Assembly (NCBI GenBank): GCA_944342025.1
Contig: CALVMD010000004.1
Location: forward strand, 5,201-69,200
From: an uncultured Clostridia bacterium
GTDB lineage: Bacteria; Bacillota; Clostridia; Christensenellales; Borkfalkiaceae
Length of the DNA: 64,000 bases
Reading direction: 5' to 3'
Positions 10,203 through 19,732 of this stretch are shown in pieces. How positions within the stretch are numbered: position 1 is the stretch's first letter; each line of letters starts with the position of its first letter. Under the pieces are notes generated by a model. That model searched no databases. It was not told where the DNA came from and worked only from the letters and a program-made list of their open reading frames with translations. The position numbers were made by a program, and so were the translations under genes.

Positions 10203-10448
10203 ATGAACGGATTTATGTGCTATATCCCGACAAGGTTTTTCTTCGGGGCAGGATGTCTGGAAAAGCTCGGCGAGCAGAAACTGCCCGGCAAAAGGGCGCT
10301 TCTCGTCACTTCTAACGGCATTACGCCCGACGAGTTTGAAAAGATGGCAGTCAACGCCAAAGAGACGATGGGCGGGCTCTTCCTCAACGATCCTGCGCCC
10401 CTTTCGGTGGAAGATTGCGTAAAGATCTATCAGAAATCGTATAAATGA
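10203..10448 (+). pseudogene. Internally deleted iron-containing alcohol dehydrogenase (N-terminus fused in frame to C-terminus, 81 aa)
   Basis: YIPTRFFFGAGCLEKLG...GKRALLVTSNG is an Fe-ADH N-terminus; GITPDEFEKMA...DPAPLSVEDCVKIYQKSY is an Fe-ADH C-terminus; AGGAG RBS. Confidence 0.75.
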
Positions 10449-10459
10449 CCGAAAATTTG

Positions 10460-10498
10460 AAAAGCCCCTCCTGCGGCAACGCCGCGGGAGGGGCTTTT
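10460..10498 (+). terminator. Intrinsic terminator
   Basis: aaaagcccctcctgcggc-aac-gccgcgggaggggctttt hairpin. Confidence 0.75.
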
Positions 10499-10594
10499 GC
10501 CGTTTTGCGTACCCGACCAAAAATTACCGCGGCGGGCGCACGTATGAGCGGGCGGCGGCACGGGTATAATAATGGGCGTAAGGAGGATGACGCA

Positions 10595-11185
10595 ATGCAG
10601 TTTAAGGATACGAAAACTTATACCAATCTCGCGCGTTCGTTTGCGGGGGAAAGCCAGGCAGGGATGCGGTATCAGCTGATCGCAAAACTTGCGACGGCGG
10701 AAGGGTATGCGGTCCTCGCGGATACCATCCGCACGATCGCGAAAAACGAAACGTATCATGCGAAATCGTTTTTCAATACGCTTCTCCAAAAGGCGGGCAG
10801 CAGCGAGAATATAGACTTAAACGCAGGCTATCCGTTTCACTTCGGCACACTGGAAGAGAATCTCGCGTTTGCGGCAAAGGACGAGCGCGCGGAATTCGAA
10901 GAGGTCTATCCCGCGTTTGCCAAGGAAGCCGAACAGGAAGGATTTGCCGACGTTGCCGCCCTTTTCAACCGCGTGGCGGGCGTAGAAAAGGAGCACAATA
11001 TCGTATTCGATTATCTTTACGAATCTTTCAAAAACGGCACCCTTTATAAGCGGGACAAACCTACTCTTTGGGTATGCAGCGAGTGCGGCTACCGCGCCAC
11101 GTCGAACGAGGCGTGGCATATCTGCCCGCTTTGCAAGGCGAGCCAGGGTTTCGTAGAGATACACTTACCTTTCGACAACAAATAA
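10595..11185 (+). CDS. rbr: Rubrerythrin
   Basis: NLARSFAGESQA, ETYHA, VEKEH diiron ligands; C-terminal CSECG...CPLC rubredoxin domain; AGGAGG RBS. Confidence 0.9.
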   Translation: MQFKDTKTYTNLARSFAGESQAGMRYQLIAKLATAEGYAVLADTIRTIAKNETYHAKSFFNTLLQKAGSSENIDLNAGYPFHFGTLEENLAFAAKDERAEFEEVYPAFAKEAEQEGFADVAALFNRVAGVEKEHNIVFDYLYESFKNGTLYKRDKPTLWVCSECGYRATSNEAWHICPLCKASQGFVEIHLPFDNK

Positions 11186-11195
11186 GGAGAAAATC

Positions 11196-11327
11196 ATGAA
11201 AAACAATAAGGAAACTTCTTCCCGGAATCAGAGTAAAAATGCACAGAACAAGAGTACTTCGGGCGGCAGATGCTGCTCCAAGAGTACGGCGAAAAACGCG
11301 AAAGCGAGCACAAAAACGAAGGAATGA
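11196..11327 (+). CDS. Small basic Lys/Asn/Ser-rich peptide (43 aa)
   Basis: AAGGAG RBS; MKNNKETSSRNQSKNAQNKSTSGGRCCSKSTAKNAKASTKTKE; ATGA overlap with next ORF. Confidence 0.55.
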   Translation: MKNNKETSSRNQSKNAQNKSTSGGRCCSKSTAKNAKASTKTKE

Positions 11328-11440
11328 AGAAAAAAGACAAACGCAGGGGCGCCATGCGGTCGCCCTATGACGTGAACGGCAGTTATACGGGCACGCCCGA
11401 AGAGGGCGAAAAGCCCGTGCAGGATGCCGACGATCTTTAA
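11324..11440 (+). CDS. Small hypothetical protein (38 aa) ending GSYTG...PVQDADDL
   Basis: MKKKDKRRGAMRSPYDVNGSYTGTPEEGEKPVQDADDL; translationally coupled; C-terminus resembles small clostridial hypothetical proteins (from recall). Confidence 0.6.
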   Translation: MKKKDKRRGAMRSPYDVNGSYTGTPEEGEKPVQDADDL

Positions 11441-11491
11441 TGCAAAGCGCCGAGCTGACGGCGTTTTGACGTGCGGAAAACGATCCGCAAA

Positions 11492-11523
11492 AAAAGAGGG
11501 GTGCCCATGAGGGCGCCCCTTTT
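11492..11523. terminator. Bidirectional terminator between convergent genes
   Basis: aaaagaggggtgccc-atga-gggcgcccctttt. Confidence 0.65.
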
Positions 11524-11527
11524 GCAT

Positions 11528-12562
11528 TCAGTTTTTTCCGAGGAAAGGCGTCGTTTCGCGCACGACGAAGTTGTTTTTCAGGTAGATCAGCCGGCGCGGA
11601 CGGCGGGGGGATTGAATGCGCTCCAAAAGCGCAGCGACCGCCTGTTTGCCGAGCGCCTGCTTGTCGATGTTCACCGTAGAGAGTTTGGGGGAGTGCAGTC
11701 GGCTTTCGGGCACGTTGTCGAACCCGACCACGTTGATTTTTTGCAGGTTCGCCCGCCGGCATTGTTTGAGCGCGTCGACGACGGCCAGCGCGATAAAATC
11801 GTTTGCGCAGACGATGACGTCTGGCAGCTGCGGCAGAGACGAGTAAAAATTTTCGGCGGCGGCGATGCTGCCGTAGGGGAATGAGTTGTCTTTTAATATC
11901 GAGAGCGTTTCGTCGAACGGTTTGTTCAGCTCGATGAGCGCGGTGCGCAGTCCCATGTACCGCTCAAAAAAGCCTTTGCAGTTGTAAGGATTCCCGACGA
12001 AGGAGAACCGCTCGGCGCCCGCTTCCGCCAGGGGGCGGCACACGGTGCGCAGGACTTCTGCGTTTTCGGACAGGATGACGTCATATTCGCCGCTGACTTC
12101 TTCTTCGCAGCCGATGTCCAGAAAAACGGTGGGGATATTCAGCGACAGGATCTCTTCCGCGCTCCGGCGGTCGAAAAATTCCACGCAGATGATCCCGTTG
12201 ACGTCGAATTGGCGGATATAGCGTTTGACGGTTTCAAAGCCGGAACCGGGATGAAAGACATATTGCAGGATCTCCAGTCCGCACCGCTCTGCTTCCGCCA
12301 TGATGCCGCGGATCAGATAGATATAGTAGTTTGCCGTAAGCAGGGGCACCGAAGAGAGCAGGAGGATCTTTTTGTCCGGCCCTCCGCCCGCTCCCGACGA
12401 AGAAATGAGATCGAAACTCTTATATCCCATCTGCACGGCGGTGTCCAGGATGAGCTGTTTTGTTTTGGGCGAAACATGTTTTCCGTTGAGCGCCTTTGAA
12501 ACGGTATTCCGGGAAAGGTGCAAAGCGTCTGCAATGTCTGCGATGGTAAGCGATTTTTTCAT
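11528..12562 (-). CDS. LacI family transcriptional regulator (cluster I)
   Basis: TIADIADALHLSRNTVSKALNG HTH; CAND, VVGFDN, PKLSTV, VVRET motifs. Confidence 0.92.
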   Translation of the reverse strand: MKKSLTIADIADALHLSRNTVSKALNGKHVSPKTKQLILDTAVQMGYKSFDLISSSGAGGGPDKKILLLSSVPLLTANYYIYLIRGIMAEAERCGLEILQYVFHPGSGFETVKRYIRQFDVNGIICVEFFDRRSAEEILSLNIPTVFLDIGCEEEVSGEYDVILSENAEVLRTVCRPLAEAGAERFSFVGNPYNCKGFFERYMGLRTALIELNKPFDETLSILKDNSFPYGSIAAAENFYSSLPQLPDVIVCANDFIALAVVDALKQCRRANLQKINVVGFDNVPESRLHSPKLSTVNIDKQALGKQAVAALLERIQSPRRPRRLIYLKNNFVVRETTPFLGKN

Positions 12563-12655
12563 GCTTTTTCCCCGTATTGTTTTTTTGTCTATTATAGCGC
12601 GGTAATTGAATTTATGCAACAAAAAACGATTACAAATGTAAGATTTTATGTGTAA

Positions 12656-12677
12656 AAAATGTGCATATGCACGTTTT
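12656..12677. promoter_or_regulatory. Palindromic operator candidate
   Basis: AAAATGTGCATATGCACGTTTT, near-perfect 22-bp palindrome in the divergent lacI/ABC intergenic region. Confidence 0.55.
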
Positions 12678-12689
12678 ATTGGCGTTTTA

Positions 12690-12719
12690 TTGACATTTTG
12701 AAAAACGTGATGATAAGAT
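12690..12719 (+). promoter_or_regulatory. Sigma-A promoter of cluster I operon
   Basis: TTGACA-N18-TAAGAT with TGn extension; AGGAGG RBS downstream. Confidence 0.55.
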
Positions 12720-12740
12720 GAGGGCAAAGGAGGGGATCGC

Positions 12741-13679
12741 ATGGAACAAAGGATAGCGGGGCTGACCCTGAAAGAGATCAGGAAAAAGGAGAAGAAAAAT
12801 TATTGGCTGCTTCTCTTTATTCTGCCCGCGTTTGTGTTCGTATTCATTTTCTGCTATGTGCCGATGTACGGGATTCTGATCGCGTTTCAGGATTTTGTTC
12901 CCGGCGACGAGATCCTGTCGCAATATACGATCTGGGTCGGATGGGATAATTTTGCAATGTTCTTTAAGGACTACATGTTCTGGACGTTGATCGAAAACAC
13001 TTTTCTTCTCTGCTTTTTCGGATTTATCATCGGATTTCCGCTTCCCGTCATCGTCGCGCTGATGCTCAACTCCATGCGCCACAAGCGGCTGTCGAAGACG
13101 ATTCAGACCATCTATTATATTCCGCACTTTATTTCGCTCGTGGTCATGGTCGGCATGCTCTATCTTTTCTTCGGGCAATACGGCCTTGTAAACAATGCGC
13201 TGGAAGCGTTGGGCGGGTCCAGATATTCTTTCTTTTTGCACGAAGAGGCGTTCCGACCCATGTATATCCTGTCGGGAGTCTGGCAGGATTTCGGATGGAA
13301 CGCGATCATATATCTGGCCGCGCTGTCGGGCGTGGATCCCGAACAGCATGAGGCGGCGATCATTGACGGCGCTTCCCGCCTGAGAAGGGTGTTTGCCATC
13401 GACCTTCCCGCGATCGGGGGCACGACTTCTATCCTCCTGATCCTGTCGATCGGCAACATGATCTCGGTGGGGTATGAAAAAGTGCTTCTGATGCAGACGG
13501 ACGCGAACCTCGGCAAATCGGAAGTGATCATGACCTACGTCTATAAAAAGGGCCTGACGGGATATGTCATGCAGGGCTTTTCGACGGCGGTGGGGTTGTT
13601 CAACTCAGTCGTCAACGTCATTTTGTTGATCACGGCAAACTCGCTCGCCAAGCTGTTTTCCAAAAACACGCTGTTCTGA
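12741..13679 (+). CDS. Carbohydrate ABC transporter permease (LplB/YteP-like)
   Basis: TM helices; EAAIIDGA EAA loop. Confidence 0.93.
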   Translation: MEQRIAGLTLKEIRKKEKKNYWLLLFILPAFVFVFIFCYVPMYGILIAFQDFVPGDEILSQYTIWVGWDNFAMFFKDYMFWTLIENTFLLCFFGFIIGFPLPVIVALMLNSMRHKRLSKTIQTIYYIPHFISLVVMVGMLYLFFGQYGLVNNALEALGGSRYSFFLHEEAFRPMYILSGVWQDFGWNAIIYLAALSGVDPEQHEAAIIDGASRLRRVFAIDLPAIGGTTSILLILSIGNMISVGYEKVLLMQTDANLGKSEVIMTYVYKKGLTGYVMQGFSTAVGLFNSVVNVILLITANSLAKLFSKNTLF

Positions 13680-13693
13680 TAAGAGGTGGAACC

Positions 13694-14626
13694 ATGGAAG
13701 AAAACGCAATCGTAAACCCCTCGAGGAAGATCAAAAAACTCAGCAAAGCGATGAGCAAGTCCGACCGCATTTATTATATCGTGATCGACGTTATTTTGGT
13801 TTTGCTCTTATTGCTCGTATTGTATCCGCTGTATTTTGTCGTCATCGCGTCCGTTTCGGATACGGATGCCATCTTCAACGGCGAAGTGTTCCTGTATCCT
13901 GTCGGGATCAATTTCAAGGGCTACGACGCTCTTTTGAAAAACGACATGATCTGGACGGGTTACCGCAACACGATCCTGTATACTCTGGGCGGCACCCTTC
14001 TCAATATTGCCGTCACGATTCCCGCAGGTTGGGCGCTTTCCCGCTTGGAATTGCCGTGGAGAAAATTCATCGCTACCTATTTCATCATTACGATGTTTTT
14101 CGGCGGCGGTCTCATTCCGCTGTATTTGTTGGTTTCGGATCTGAATCTTTTGGACAGTCCGTTCGCGATGATCCTGCCTTATGCGGTCTCCGTCTGGAAT
14201 ATGTTCATGGTCAAAGCCTTTTACACGAGCGGCATTCCCGACGGGGTGCTGGAAGCTGCCGAAGTGGACGGGGCGGGGAGCTTCCGTACCTTTTTCAGCA
14301 TCGTCATCCCGCTGTCGAAACCCATCATCGCGGTCATGGTGCTCTTTTATGCGGTGGCGCATTGGAACAACTATTTCAGCGCGTTGATCTTTTTGTCGGA
14401 CGAAAATCTGTATCCGCTTCAGATGGTGCTGCGGGAGATCCTCATTATGACCGAAACGGCGGGATCGGGTATGGGCGGCGACGCGTCGACCATCCTCGAA
14501 CAGTCGAAACTTGCAAATTCCATCAAATATTCGTCCATCATCGTATCCACGCTGCCGATTTTGGTCCTGTATCCGTTTGTCAGCAAATTCTTTGAAAAAG
14601 GCGTCATGATCGGCGCTTTGAAATAA
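13694..14626 (+). CDS. Carbohydrate ABC transporter permease (LplC/YtcP-like)
   Basis: FFGGGLIP, EAAEVDGA, HWNNYF, KGVMIGALK. Confidence 0.93.
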   Translation: MEENAIVNPSRKIKKLSKAMSKSDRIYYIVIDVILVLLLLLVLYPLYFVVIASVSDTDAIFNGEVFLYPVGINFKGYDALLKNDMIWTGYRNTILYTLGGTLLNIAVTIPAGWALSRLELPWRKFIATYFIITMFFGGGLIPLYLLVSDLNLLDSPFAMILPYAVSVWNMFMVKAFYTSGIPDGVLEAAEVDGAGSFRTFFSIVIPLSKPIIAVMVLFYAVAHWNNYFSALIFLSDENLYPLQMVLREILIMTETAGSGMGGDASTILEQSKLANSIKYSSIIVSTLPILVLYPFVSKFFEKGVMIGALK

Positions 14627-14649
14627 ACATCTGAAAAGGAGGAAACGAG

Positions 14650-16329
14650 ATGAAACACAAATGGCTCGGCAAAGCGCTCGCTTGCGTGCTTGCGGGCACG
14701 ATGCTGTGTTCCTTATTCGCGGGTTGCGGCGGCAAAACGCGGGAAAATAAGGATTGGGAAGAGCTGGGGTACCAGTGGGAGGACACGGAGGCTCCGATCG
14801 TTAAAGAAAAAGGGGTGATCGAATTCGAAGTCCTCGCGCAGAAAAACTCCATGACGCCCAACTATAACGATCTGCAGGTCTTCAACGATCTCGAAGACGA
14901 AACGTATGTCGACATCAATTGGGAAAACATTACCGAATCCGCGTACGCAGAGCGGAAAACGCTGATCCTCAGCGACAGAGAGAACTGGCCGGACGCAATT
15001 TATCATGCCGGGTTCACCAGTGCGGAGATTTCCCGTTATTCGCGCAGGAATACCATTTTGCCGATTTCCGATTATCTCGAATATATGCCCAATTTCAGCG
15101 CGATTTTGGAGCGCAGGCCGGACATCCGCGCGGCGATCACTTCGTACGACGGCAAGATCTGGTCTCTTCCCAGGATCGACGAGATGGGGCTGACGGGCAA
15201 CCCGAATCTTTTGTTTATGAACAAGAACTGGCTGCTTACGCTCATCCGCGACGGGTCCGTCGATTTTATCGACGAGGAGGATGTCGTAGACGGGCTGCAG
15301 CTCGATCTCAATCAGATGACGCAGGTTTTAGAGCTGTTCCGCGACCGAGACATGAACGGCAACGGGGAAGACGACGAGATCCCCATGAGTTTTGTTTTTA
15401 ACAACTGGCAGGGGAACCAGACCGACCTGTACGGCGCGTTCGGACTTCCCGACAATCCCGACCATATGACGATCGTCGACGGTGAGGTCGTTCTGACCGC
15501 GGTTGACGATAAATTTCAGGAAGCCACCAATTTCCTCGCAGACTGGATCACGGACGGCATTGTGCCCCTCTCTGTGCTTGAAAACAGTCAGGACGCTTTC
15601 CTTGCCAGCGGCAAAGGACAGGAAAAGCTGGGTGCGTTCTATTGGTGGGAGAGCGCGACGGTCGTCTCCAATCCCGACAACTACATCGTCATGAGCCCGC
15701 TCAAAGGGCTGAACGGGGAAGAACCGACCCTCGGGCTTTCCAACTATCCCGAGATCTCCACGGGCGGCGTCGTAATCATGGCGTCCTGCCCCAATCCCGA
15801 AGTCCTTTGCACTTATTTCGACAGGCATTACGACCCTCTGTGGTCCGCGCAGCTCAATTACGGGCCGATCGGCGTCGCGTATGAGGAAGAGCCGGATGAA
15901 AACGGCAAACTCGTGCAGAAAGATCCTCCCGAAGGCATGACGGCGGATGAATTCCGTCTTCAGCTTGCGCCCATGGGTATCATGTGCCTCACGCAGTATG
16001 AGTGGGACAACTTCGTGAATATGGAGCCGCGCGCGCAGCTTCGGCTTGACAGGCTGGAAAAATACGCCAACCCGTATAATCCCGAAAACGTCGACAGGAT
16101 CCCCACGCTCAGCTTTACGCTGGAAGAGATCAACATATTGGCACAATATGAAGTGAACGTAGATAACTATCTGATGCAAAACTATATGCAATGGCTGATC
16201 AACGGCGGCGTCAGCGACAGCGCGTTTGCCGAATTCAAGAGCAAGCTCGACGAGATCGGTCTGCAGGAGGTGCTCGATTGTTATCAGGCGGCGTATGACC
16301 GCTATTTGGCAAACCAAGGACAGGAATAA
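14650..16329 (+). CDS. Carbohydrate ABC transporter solute-binding lipoprotein
   Basis: Lipobox FAGC; YMPNF, DGKIWSLP, DMNGNGEDDEIP motifs of LplA-type SBPs. Confidence 0.9.
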   Translation: MKHKWLGKALACVLAGTMLCSLFAGCGGKTRENKDWEELGYQWEDTEAPIVKEKGVIEFEVLAQKNSMTPNYNDLQVFNDLEDETYVDINWENITESAYAERKTLILSDRENWPDAIYHAGFTSAEISRYSRRNTILPISDYLEYMPNFSAILERRPDIRAAITSYDGKIWSLPRIDEMGLTGNPNLLFMNKNWLLTLIRDGSVDFIDEEDVVDGLQLDLNQMTQVLELFRDRDMNGNGEDDEIPMSFVFNNWQGNQTDLYGAFGLPDNPDHMTIVDGEVVLTAVDDKFQEATNFLADWITDGIVPLSVLENSQDAFLASGKGQEKLGAFYWWESATVVSNPDNYIVMSPLKGLNGEEPTLGLSNYPEISTGGVVIMASCPNPEVLCTYFDRHYDPLWSAQLNYGPIGVAYEEEPDENGKLVQKDPPEGMTADEFRLQLAPMGIMCLTQYEWDNFVNMEPRAQLRLDRLEKYANPYNPENVDRIPTLSFTLEEINILAQYEVNVDNYLMQNYMQWLINGGVSDSAFAEFKSKLDEIGLQEVLDCYQAAYDRYLANQGQE

Positions 16330-16341
16330 GGAGGGAGAATC

Positions 16342-18117
16342 ATGAAAAAGATCATTACGGCTGTTTTGGCGCTCGCGCTCGGCTGCACCGCTTTTGCGGC
16401 ATGCACCGACGATACCGGAAACGAGACCAACGAGAAACCCGTCATCACGGGTTTTCAGGATACCTATACCGTGCAGGCGGGGGAAGAATTCGACGCGCTT
16501 GAAGGCGTTACCGCGTCTGACAAAGAGGACGGAGACCTGACGGACAAGATCACGGTTTCGTCCATGCCCGAAGTGACGTTTACGGACGGCAAAGCGACGT
16601 TCGAACAGACCGGTACGTATGAGATCATCTTCGGAGTCACCGACAGCGCAAATCAGCTCACCGAAGAGTTCGCGACCCTGACCGTCACAAAGGCGGACGC
16701 GGAGGAAACGCTCTATCATACCTTCGACTTTTCGGTCAGCACGGCAGAAGTCGACCGCGACGGCTGGGACGTCGCCCTTGCGGGCGGGGCAGCCGCCGAA
16801 GTGAAGACGGAGCGCGGTCTGCTGTCCGCAGAGATCACAAACGGCGGCACGATCAACGGCGACGTCATCCTGCAAAAGACGGATTTTGCCGTGGAAGAAG
16901 GGGTCACTTACGATGTACGGCTCTACATAGGCGCGACGCTGACGGAGGCGAAGTACGTCGATACGGCGGTGCAGAACGCGGCTGGCGCAAACATCATCTA
17001 TCAGGGTGCAAACCTGACCGATTCCATTCAGATCGTGTCCCTTAAACTCAAAGCGACCGAAGACGCGTCCGACTATAAGATCGTCGTGCATTGCGGCGGC
17101 GGTGCGGGCGAATACAGCGTCTACATGGAAAAGGTGGAGATCTATAAATCTTCGGGCGTAGAATCGACGACGGAGATCTTATCGCAGAATTTCGACGGTG
17201 CGGACGCGTCGGGGCTGTTGCAGAAATATCCTTACGATCAGGGAACGGAGTTTTCCGTGACGGACGGCGCGATGCAGGTAAATATCCTGTCCTATCCCGA
17301 AGCGGTCGGAAATATCTGGGAGCGCGGCGTGATGCTCTCGACGGGGCTGGACTTGGAAGAGAGCACGTCTTATCGTTTCATTGCGGACGTGACGGCGCAG
17401 ACCGCGCAGGAATTTGTCGGCAAATTCGTCGCCTCTTCGGGCGAAGACGCGACGGAGTCGGGCAGGTTCCAAGGGACGTTCGAACAGGGCACGCATACCG
17501 TTACGTATGACTTTACGACGGGCGCAGCGAGGGAAGACGCTTATCTCGCCTTCCAGCTCGGTTTCCAGCCCGCAGGGACGGCGTCCAACGCCCTCACCTT
17601 CGATAATGTGCGCATTTTGAAGATTACCTCGGTCGCCGACGTCGAAAAGGACATGGTGCGCTTCATGCCGTACAATTCGGATACGGGGTACGACGTCTTC
17701 AACGGCAGCGACGACGCATCCGGCAAACTGGACGGCACCGGCCGCATTTATACCGACGGCGAGGCGATGCACTTTATCATCAGCAACAAGGGCGGCGCGG
17801 ATTACTACAACAAGATGATGTTCTATATCGACCTCGAAGAGCTGGCAAATTACAGGTTCTCTTTCAAGGCGAAGGCGAACGTCGATCTGAGCTGCTTCAT
17901 GTTCGTCAACGTGAAGGGAGGCTCTTACAGCCCGATCGGCACATACGGCGCGAACATCACGACGCAGGAACAGGAATTCACGTTTACCGCCGAACAGATG
18001 GTCATGCTGGACAATTCGTACGAAATCACGGTGCAGAACGTGGTTCCTTCCGAGGCGGGTTATAACGGAATGATCGAGATCGAGTTTTACGATTTCGAAG
18101 TGTACAAGATCGCCTGA
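16342..18117 (+). CDS. Surface lipoprotein with Ig-like domain and tandem CBM4/9-like beta-sandwich modules
   Basis: Lipobox FAAC; FDALEGVTASDKEDGDLT Ig-like motif; three repeats with LEExxxYRFxF-type strands; no catalytic motif seen. Confidence 0.65.
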   Translation: MKKIITAVLALALGCTAFAACTDDTGNETNEKPVITGFQDTYTVQAGEEFDALEGVTASDKEDGDLTDKITVSSMPEVTFTDGKATFEQTGTYEIIFGVTDSANQLTEEFATLTVTKADAEETLYHTFDFSVSTAEVDRDGWDVALAGGAAAEVKTERGLLSAEITNGGTINGDVILQKTDFAVEEGVTYDVRLYIGATLTEAKYVDTAVQNAAGANIIYQGANLTDSIQIVSLKLKATEDASDYKIVVHCGGGAGEYSVYMEKVEIYKSSGVESTTEILSQNFDGADASGLLQKYPYDQGTEFSVTDGAMQVNILSYPEAVGNIWERGVMLSTGLDLEESTSYRFIADVTAQTAQEFVGKFVASSGEDATESGRFQGTFEQGTHTVTYDFTTGAAREDAYLAFQLGFQPAGTASNALTFDNVRILKITSVADVEKDMVRFMPYNSDTGYDVFNGSDDASGKLDGTGRIYTDGEAMHFIISNKGGADYYNKMMFYIDLEELANYRFSFKAKANVDLSCFMFVNVKGGSYSPIGTYGANITTQEQEFTFTAEQMVMLDNSYEITVQNVVPSEAGYNGMIEIEFYDFEVYKIA

Positions 18118-18182
18118 TCTGTAAGGCGGAACGGGGGAGGAGTCGGCCTGAACGGCTCCTCCGCAACGATACGGAGAAACTT

Positions 18183-19721
18183 ATGTTGAAAAAGATCATT
18201 TCGCTGGCAATGTGCGCCGCCGTATGCACGGGCATCTTCGCCCTTGCCGGGTGCGGAGAAAAGACGGACGGCGGCAAAACGGACGACGGTTACGTGCAGA
18301 GCGAGAGTATAAACCTCTTTCCTAAACCCGACGAGGGCTATGCGGGCGATCCCATTCCGTTTTACGACGGCGAAAATCTTAACGTGTATTACATACACGA
18401 CGCCCGCGGCTGGAACGACGGTTATTTTCATCCCTGGAATCTCTTCCGCACGAGTAATTTCTATGAGTGGGAAGATCTGGGGCGCGTGATCGCGGGCAAT
18501 TACAACGATAAAGCCAATCAGGATTACGGCATCGGCACGGGCACCGTGCTGAAAGGCAACGACGGGCGGTATCACGCATTTTATACGGGTTGGAACGGCT
18601 ATCCGCAGGCGGACGTTGAATTTACCGAAAAGGTGCAGCACGCCGTCTCGGACGACCTCATCAACTGGACGAAGATCCCCGAGGACGGGTTTTACGGCGG
18701 CGTCGACGATTTCCGCGATCCGCACGTGGTGTGGGTGCCCGAAGACAACTGCTATTGGATGCTCGTTTCCACCTGGCGCGGATTCGGCGATTATAAAGCG
18801 GTGCTCAAATGGTATAAATCCACCGATCTTTCCCATTGGGAGTATGCGGGCATCTTTTACGACGACGCGGTGAACGGCGACTTCATGGAATGCCCCACGC
18901 TCGTCAACTATAACGGATATTGGTATCTTTCCTATTTCCAGAAGGCGGTAGACGGCACGAACGCGCGCGTCACCCGCTATGTTTACAAGAAAAATCTTTC
19001 CGACGCCGAGTGGATCCGCCCGGAAGTGGATTATTTCGACGGCGCCGGGCTTTCGGCCGCGCGGCTCGTGCAGTGCGGAGACAAGCTGGTCACGGTCGGC
19101 TGGATCGGGACAAAGATTTCCGACTGGGATCCCGGGCTGTTCACGTGGGCGGGCAACCTTGCCGTGCATGAACTCAGGCAGCGCGAAGACGGTTCGCTCT
19201 ACGTTGTTCCCATTGACGGCGTGGCGGGCGCATTGACGCATGAAACGCAGTACGAGACGACGTATACGGGCGAATCGGTGGAATACGGCGGCGGCACGGC
19301 GACCTTTTCCGAGTCGGACAGGTTTCAGTATCTCCTTTTTGAAGACATGCGGGAAGAGGCGCTGAAAACGCAGTTCACGCTGAAAGCGGAGAGCGGCAAA
19401 GCGGGGCTTACGTTCGCCCGCGCATCCACGGGATACGGCGAAGTGTGCATCGAATTCGATCTGGATGCGGGACTTTTGTCCTTCTTCAACACAAAGCCGA
19501 CTCTGACGGATACGGCGGCGTCGCAGGCGGTCGTCGCGCTGCCCGCGGCAAAAGACGGCGGATACGAGTGCACGATGATTTCGCAGGGCGAGTGCCTGAC
19601 GCTGTATGTAAACGGGCAGATCGCTTTATCTACGAGGATCTATAATCTGACGGGGTATGAATTCGGCCTGTACGCTTCGGGCGAAAGCGCCGTTTTCTCC
19701 GATCTGAAATTTTTTAACTGA
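18183..19721 (+). CDS. GH32 lipoprotein (endo-levanase-like subgroup)
   Basis: Lipobox LAGC; catalytic YAGDP, FRDP, MECP; WAGNL. Confidence 0.85.
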   Translation: MLKKIISLAMCAAVCTGIFALAGCGEKTDGGKTDDGYVQSESINLFPKPDEGYAGDPIPFYDGENLNVYYIHDARGWNDGYFHPWNLFRTSNFYEWEDLGRVIAGNYNDKANQDYGIGTGTVLKGNDGRYHAFYTGWNGYPQADVEFTEKVQHAVSDDLINWTKIPEDGFYGGVDDFRDPHVVWVPEDNCYWMLVSTWRGFGDYKAVLKWYKSTDLSHWEYAGIFYDDAVNGDFMECPTLVNYNGYWYLSYFQKAVDGTNARVTRYVYKKNLSDAEWIRPEVDYFDGAGLSAARLVQCGDKLVTVGWIGTKISDWDPGLFTWAGNLAVHELRQREDGSLYVVPIDGVAGALTHETQYETTYTGESVEYGGGTATFSESDRFQYLLFEDMREEALKTQFTLKAESGKAGLTFARASTGYGEVCIEFDLDAGLLSFFNTKPTLTDTAASQAVVALPAAKDGGYECTMISQGECLTLYVNGQIALSTRIYNLTGYEFGLYASGESAVFSDLKFFN

Positions 19722-19732
19722 GAGGTGGCACA

